A program made the position numbers and the translations under genes. Of a stretch of 33,098 nucleotides of DNA, positions 31,505 to 33,098 are shown one piece after another. The stretch comes from Catajapyx aquilonaris (taxonomy: Eukaryota), in contig KZ539113.1 of the NCBI GenBank assembly GCA_000934665.2, forward strand, positions 1-33,098, written 5' to 3'. How positions within the stretch are numbered: position 1 is the stretch's first letter; each line of letters opens with the position of its first letter. The notes under the pieces were generated by a model. That model made no database searches. It was not told the origin of the DNA and saw only the letters and a program-made list of their open reading frames with translations.

Positions 31505-32044
31505 CAGGGTGGTCGGTAAATGGCGGACAAGCTTCAGGTAGCGAGATTCCTTGTGAAAAATCAGTATATGTAAGTGAAGGTCATATTGCTCTACGAGGCC
31601 TCCAAAGTTTTGGCCAAATCATGACGTCACGTCCGCCCGCGAAATTCAAGCACTACCGTATCGCTACTGTACGCGGCGTGTTGCTAGGCGTTGCCATGTT
31701 GACATCTACGACATGTTCACCAAACAATGGAACCGTATAAACTCGCCGGGACATTGACAGGAACTCGGCGATGACGGTATGGAAATGCCTGGCAACGTCC
31801 CAGCCAGTTTATATGGTTCCATTGTTTGGTGAACCTGTGGGGGGTGTCAACATGGCAACGCCTAGCAACACGCCGCGTACGGTAGCAATACGGTTGTGTT
31901 TGAATTTTGCGGGCGGATGTGACGTCATTTTTTGGCCAAAACTTTGGAGGCCTCGTAGAGCAATATGACCTTCACTTCCATATACTGATTTTTCACAAGG
32001 AATCTCGCTACCTGAAGCTTGTCCGCCATTTACCGACCACACTG
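31505..32044. mobile_element. Tc1/mariner-type palindromic MITE
   Basis: TA|CAGGGTGGTCGG...CCGACCACACTG|TA. Arms of about 257 bp (31505-31761 vs 31788-32044) with a loop of about 26 nt. Confidence 0.92.
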
Positions 32045-32502
32045 TATATCGAAAACGTTCCAATACATTGACCAAAAATAATTGGTGAAGATATGCTAAC
32101 TGTGGGATGCAAGGGAGGAACAAGAAAGAAAAAAGAAAGAAAGGAAAGTGGAAATGCTATAGTCTAGTATCGTTTGGTAATAAGGCCTCCAAGACGGATG
32201 CTACCTTAGCAGGGGGTGGGGAAGGAGTCCAGGGCCCGTATTTTGGTCGGAGCGTGCGGCTCGCAAGGGCGTACAGTGACGTGTTCACTTAGAAGGGGGC
32301 GTGGACAGGCTCTGAGGGTCGTTCAGGGCTGTTCGAAACATCCTGACACAACTAACCGCATCGGTGAACGAGCTTGGGGCTCTGTACGCAGTGAGCGCAA
32401 GGCCGGGGAGGCAGGGCCTCGAACCGACCAATCACGGTTCACGGGGTAGGTAGCGACATGCGGCCTGACGTCGAACCAGCCTCAATTCCCTCCCTGTGTT
32501 AA

Positions 32503-32893
32503 AAGGTGGGATAAAGGTCCCGGCGCTTATGGAGGTTGACATGTTAAATGTCGGGACTAATAACTCCGTAATTACTGAACAGAATGACATGATTATTTTT
32601 TCCCCATTCGTCACAGCATTCTACATCACTGGTTGGTTGAGCGATTTTGCTCATTTGGTCCTTATTCTTCACGGGACGTTTTTTCCTCACATGCCTTCAA
32701 ATTCCTCTCAGTTTCGTGGTTTTCATAATTAACTGAATCCCTAACACAGGTTTCGCTCAACATAGCCGTGACAAGGGTTGTTGTGTCGTGTTGTGTCAAA
32801 AAATTCATGTCATTCTGTTCAGTAATTACGGAGTTATTAGGCCCGACACTTAACATGTCAACCTCTATAAGCGCCGGGACCTTTATCCCACCC
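32503..32893. mobile_element. TTAA-flanked MITE with about 95-bp TIRs
   Basis: GGTGGGATAAAGGTCCCGGCGCTTAT...GTAATTACTGAACAGAATGACATGA is inverted at 32806-32893. TTAA at 32499-32502 and 32894-97. Confidence 0.85.
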
Positions 32894-32897
32894 TTAA

Positions 32898-33098
32898 CCC
32901 TGGAACCGTGCCGTGGGGTCTTTTTGGACCCCCAGGAAAAAATGCATTAAAATGATCATTACAATGAACTTTTGCCTTTTTATTACAGTATATAACAGTC
33001 AGTGCATGTTTATTTTGAATTAGCGATCATTTAAGGCATTGTTCAAAGACTAATGATTTTATATAGTCAATACATTGAAAAGTATCTGCTCGTGTGAC
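32898..33098. mobile_element. Probable left end of a piggyBac-like element running off the window
   Basis: TTAA|CCCTGG... followed by the subterminal palindrome GGGGTC-TTTTTG-GACCCC. The partner end is not in the window. Confidence 0.5.

Noticed and set aside
3153..33098. Intron-embedded RNase P RNA (known arrangement in insects) or other recognisable snRNA/tRNA
   Set aside because: No GGAAGGTCTGAG or AATTCAGACT-type conserved regions found. The tRNA-like A/B boxes all belong to SINE heads with tails or TSDs and do not form full cloverleaves.

Overview
Eukaryotic, most likely insect/arthropod, genomic DNA from a draft assembly (N gaps). The window holds the promoter and most of one large + strand gene, a PRRC2/BAT2-family protein (Drosophila nocte homologue). 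I reconstructed a probable non-coding first exon and 13 coding exons (5068-29293, about 2,450 aa). All splice junctions are GT-AG and phase-consistent, and the gene continues past the right edge. The true start exon (5068-5151) and a short exon at 28252-28339 are missing from the ORF track. The introns are packed with non-autonomous DNA transposons (mariner-derived fold-backs; piggyBac-, Kolobok-, hAT-, Harbinger-, Sola- and Helitron-like elements, several nested) and tRNA-derived SINEs. Most interesting observations: (1) two paralogous intronic C/D-box snoRNAs whose only conserved guide is complementary to the conserved 28S rRNA segment UGAAACACGG; (2) an out-of-frame uORF overlapping the PRRC2 start codon, plus a short uORF in exon 1, notable because PRRC2 proteins promote leaky scanning past uORFs; (3) a 51-aa tandem duplication of the conserved PRRC2 coiled-coil motif; (4) an unusually heavy load of long intronic hairpins. 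All calls were made by eye without database searches.
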